DNA of 63,426 bases, counting the filler, from Reticulomyxa filosa (lineage: Eukaryota; Protista; Foraminifera), in assembly GCA_000512085.1 (NCBI GenBank). It is 18 parts of 18 records of this genome, joined end to end, with 100 filler letters (N's around TTAATTAATTAA, not from the genome) between each part and the next. Parts side by side here need not be neighbours in the genome. Positions count along the whole stretch, not along the records: positions 62,051 to 63,426 come from ASPP01015745.1; 17 more parts are not named here. One strand, written 5' to 3'. Below, in pieces: positions 63,288-63,426 of this stretch; positions within the stretch are counted from its first letter, which is position 1; each line of letters starts with the position of its first letter. The position numbers and the translations under genes were made by a program. The notes below the pieces were generated by a model that had not been told where the DNA came from, did no database searches, and saw nothing but the letters and a program-made list of their open reading frames with translations.

Positions 63288-63426
63288 TTATTTTTTGGCA
63301 ACCTTGATCTGCCCCTTCATGCCGGCCTCGTAGTGGCCCGGGTGCAGGCAGGCGAAGTTAACAGTGCCGGCTTTGGAAAACTGCCGATCACCTCGCCCTT
63401 GGCGCCTGGAGCCAGCGATACCTTGC
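63288..63426 (-). CDS. Cupredoxin (CopI-like) C-terminus; 1-nt deletion near 63386
   Basis: LAPGAKGEVI(W)QFSKAGTVNFACLHPGHYEAGMKG; Cys-His-Met type-1 copper ligands. Confidence 0.9.
   Translation of the reverse strand, partial: QGIAGSRRQGRGDRQFSKAGTVNFACLHPGHYEAGMKGQIKVAKK

Noticed and set aside
1-63426. tRNA, rRNA and snRNA genes
   Set aside because: None recognisable by eye; a covariance-model search would be needed to exclude them.

Overview
This is not one locus. It is 18 unrelated contigs joined by 17 artificial 100-nt spacers (N44-TTAATTAATTAA-N44). Sixteen contigs are AT-rich, intron-containing eukaryotic DNA. Their gene families and style suggest a rhizarian/foraminiferan such as Reticulomyxa (inference from recalled families, not a search). 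Recognisable genes: divergent EB1, NDUFA8-like, Sec14/CRAL-TRIO, F-box, Kelch-like, glucosidase II beta, SelM/Sep15-like, J-domain-less DNAJB12-like, G-alpha, GT2, GT61, an LRR-multipass membrane protein, WDR60-like, MCTS1, HtrA, ORMDL, an MHS-type MFS transporter, WD40, 7TM-RGS and ACOT9, plus many pseudogene fragments. Two contigs are bacterial. 8127-12751 is an AT-rich alphaproteobacterial (Rickettsiales-like) piece (bepA, dsbA, Mic60-like, hemY) bounded by IS4 and IS3 elements. 62051-63426 is a GC-rich copper-resistance piece (cupredoxin, cusF, cytochrome c). Main candidates for new biology: (1) an LRR receptor whose introns look like decayed 72-nt LRR units, fused to an ~11-TM, possibly TMC/OSCA-like, domain; (2) an unusual intron architecture with mostly GTT donors, often no polypyrimidine tract, and self-complementary fold-back introns; (3) a ~35-aa module encoded as its own exon, shared by WD40 and Kelch propeller genes. 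All exon boundaries and family calls were made by eye.
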